Positions 62,310 to 64,000 of a stretch of 64,000 nt of DNA are shown in pieces. The DNA comes from Mobula hypostoma (Eukaryota): assembly GCF_963921235.1 (NCBI RefSeq), contig NC_086097.1:98086001-98150000 (forward strand). Reading direction: 5' to 3'. Made by a program: the position numbers and the translations under genes. Numbering within the stretch: position 1 is the stretch's first letter; every line of letters starts with the position of its first letter. The notes beneath the pieces were generated by a model that ran no database searches, was not told the origin of the DNA, and saw only the letters and a program-made list of their open reading frames with translations.

Positions 62310-63685
62310 CTGTTCACCAATGAGAGGGAACTTGATGATAGTGAGGACAATATGAGTGAGGTTGATGTTCTGCAGCATGTTGATATTAAGGGAGAGGAGG
62401 TGTTGAAGTTGTTAAAATACATTAGGATGGATAAGTCCCTGGGGTCTGACGGAATATTCCCCAGGCTGTTCCACGAGGTGAGGGAGGAGATTGCTGAGCC
62501 TCTGACTAGGATCTTTATGTTCTCGTTGTCCACGGGAATGGTACCGGAGGATTGGAGGGAGGCGAATGTTGTCCGCTTGTTTAAAGAAGGTAGTAGGGAT
62601 AGTCCGGGTAATTATAGACCAATGAGCCTTATGTCTGTGGTGGGAAAGGTGTTGGAAAAGATTCTTTGAGCTAGGATCTCTGGAGGATTGGAGGATTGTG
62701 ACTAGTGGTGTCCCACAAGGATCTGTTCTGGGACCTCTACTTTTCGTGATTTTTATTAACGACCTGGATGTGGGGGTAGAAGGGTGGGTTGGCAAGTTTG
62801 CAGACGACACAAAGGTTGGTGGTGTTGTAGATAGTGTAGAGGATTGTCGAAGATTGCAGAGAGACATTGATAGGATGCAGAAGTAGGCTGAGAAGTGGCA
62901 GATGAAGTTCAACCCGGAGAAATGTGAGGTGGTACACTTTGGAAGGACAAACTCCAATGCAGAGTACAAAGTAAATGGCAGGATACTTGGTAGTGTGGAG
63001 GAGCAGAGGGAACTCGGGGTAGATATCCACAGATCCCTGAAAGTTGCCTCACAGGTGGATAGGGTAGTTAAGAAAGCTTATGGGGTGTTAGCTTTCATAA
63101 GTCGAGGGATAGAGTTTAAGAGTCGCAATGTAATGATGCAACTCTATAAAACTCTGGTTAGGCCACACTTGGAGTACTGTGTCCAGTTCTGGTTGCCTCA
63201 CTATAGGAAGGATGTGGAAGCATTGGAAAGGGTACAGAGGAGATTTACCAGGATGCTGCCTGGTTTACAGAATATGCATTATAATCAGAGATTAAGGGAG
63301 CTAGGGCTTTACGCTTTGCAGCGAAGGAGGATGAGAGGAGACATGATAGAGGTGTATAAGATATTTAGAGGAATAGATAAGAGTGGATAGCCAGGGCCTC
63401 TTCCCCAGGGCACCACTGCTCAATACAAGAGGACATGGCTTTAAGGTAAGGGGTGGGAAGTTCAAGGGGGATATTAGAGGAAGGTTTTTTACTCAGAGTG
63501 TGGTTGGTGCATGGAATGCACTGCCTGCGTCAGTGGTGGAGGTAGATACACTAGTGAAGTTTAAGAGACTACTAGACAGGTATATGGAGGAATTTAAGGT
63601 GGGGGCTTATATGGCAGGCAGGGTTTGAGGGTCGGCACAACATTGTAGGCCGAAAGGCCTGTACTGTGCTGTACTATTCTATGTA
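62310..63685 (+). mobile_element. CR1 (third family) with internal deletion
   Basis: [38 protein letters not shown]. Confidence 0.9.
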
Positions 63686-64000
63686 ATTCTATATGCTATG
63701 ACAAAAGCTTAAGATTGTTTTGATTTGATACAACAATATGGAAAATATCATGACATTGATAAAACTCCAGAAATGTCTCCAAATGAGGTTTTTTACCTTT
63801 TGGGGGGGTGGGGTAACATTTTCTGCTGTACTGATGTTAATATGGAATATATACAAAATGTGATTACTTATTTGAAGTAATAAAGCTACCACTGGTGCAA
63901 TGCTATCACATGTTTTCTAACTCTAGAGATGTATACCTTGCCGAAAATCACTATGAGCATTATTCCCCTCAGATGGTACTGACCGACCCTACTGACTCAC

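Overview
Vertebrate genomic DNA, probably a cartilaginous fish (inferred from the CR1, V-SINE, Penelope and Rex1 repeat landscape). Most of the window is transposon debris: CR1 LINEs, Neptune-type Penelope-like elements (PLEs) with hammerhead ribozymes, RTE, Rex1/Babar, Hero-clade retrotransposons, a solo LTR, a hAT fossil and an Academ (XPG-type) fossil. A ~14.65 kb tandem duplication (~7830-22475 / ~22475-37130) has its breakpoint inside homologous PLE copies. Each unit carries an apparently intact 3-exon gene. Its large novel exon 1 encodes an N-terminal signal-anchor, a 33-bp (11-aa) Pro-rich repeat array (23 vs 17 units) and a basic segment. It splices in frame onto the two exons encoding a phospholipase C-delta1-like PH domain. 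No EF-hand or catalytic PLC exons were found; exon 3 reads through a decayed U12-like donor to a stop. The predicted product (694 / 628 aa) is a membrane-anchored, variable-length, catalytically empty PI(4,5)P2/IP3-binding protein, a candidate organelle-plasma membrane tether or IP3 sink. Expression and function are inferences and need RNA and cell data.
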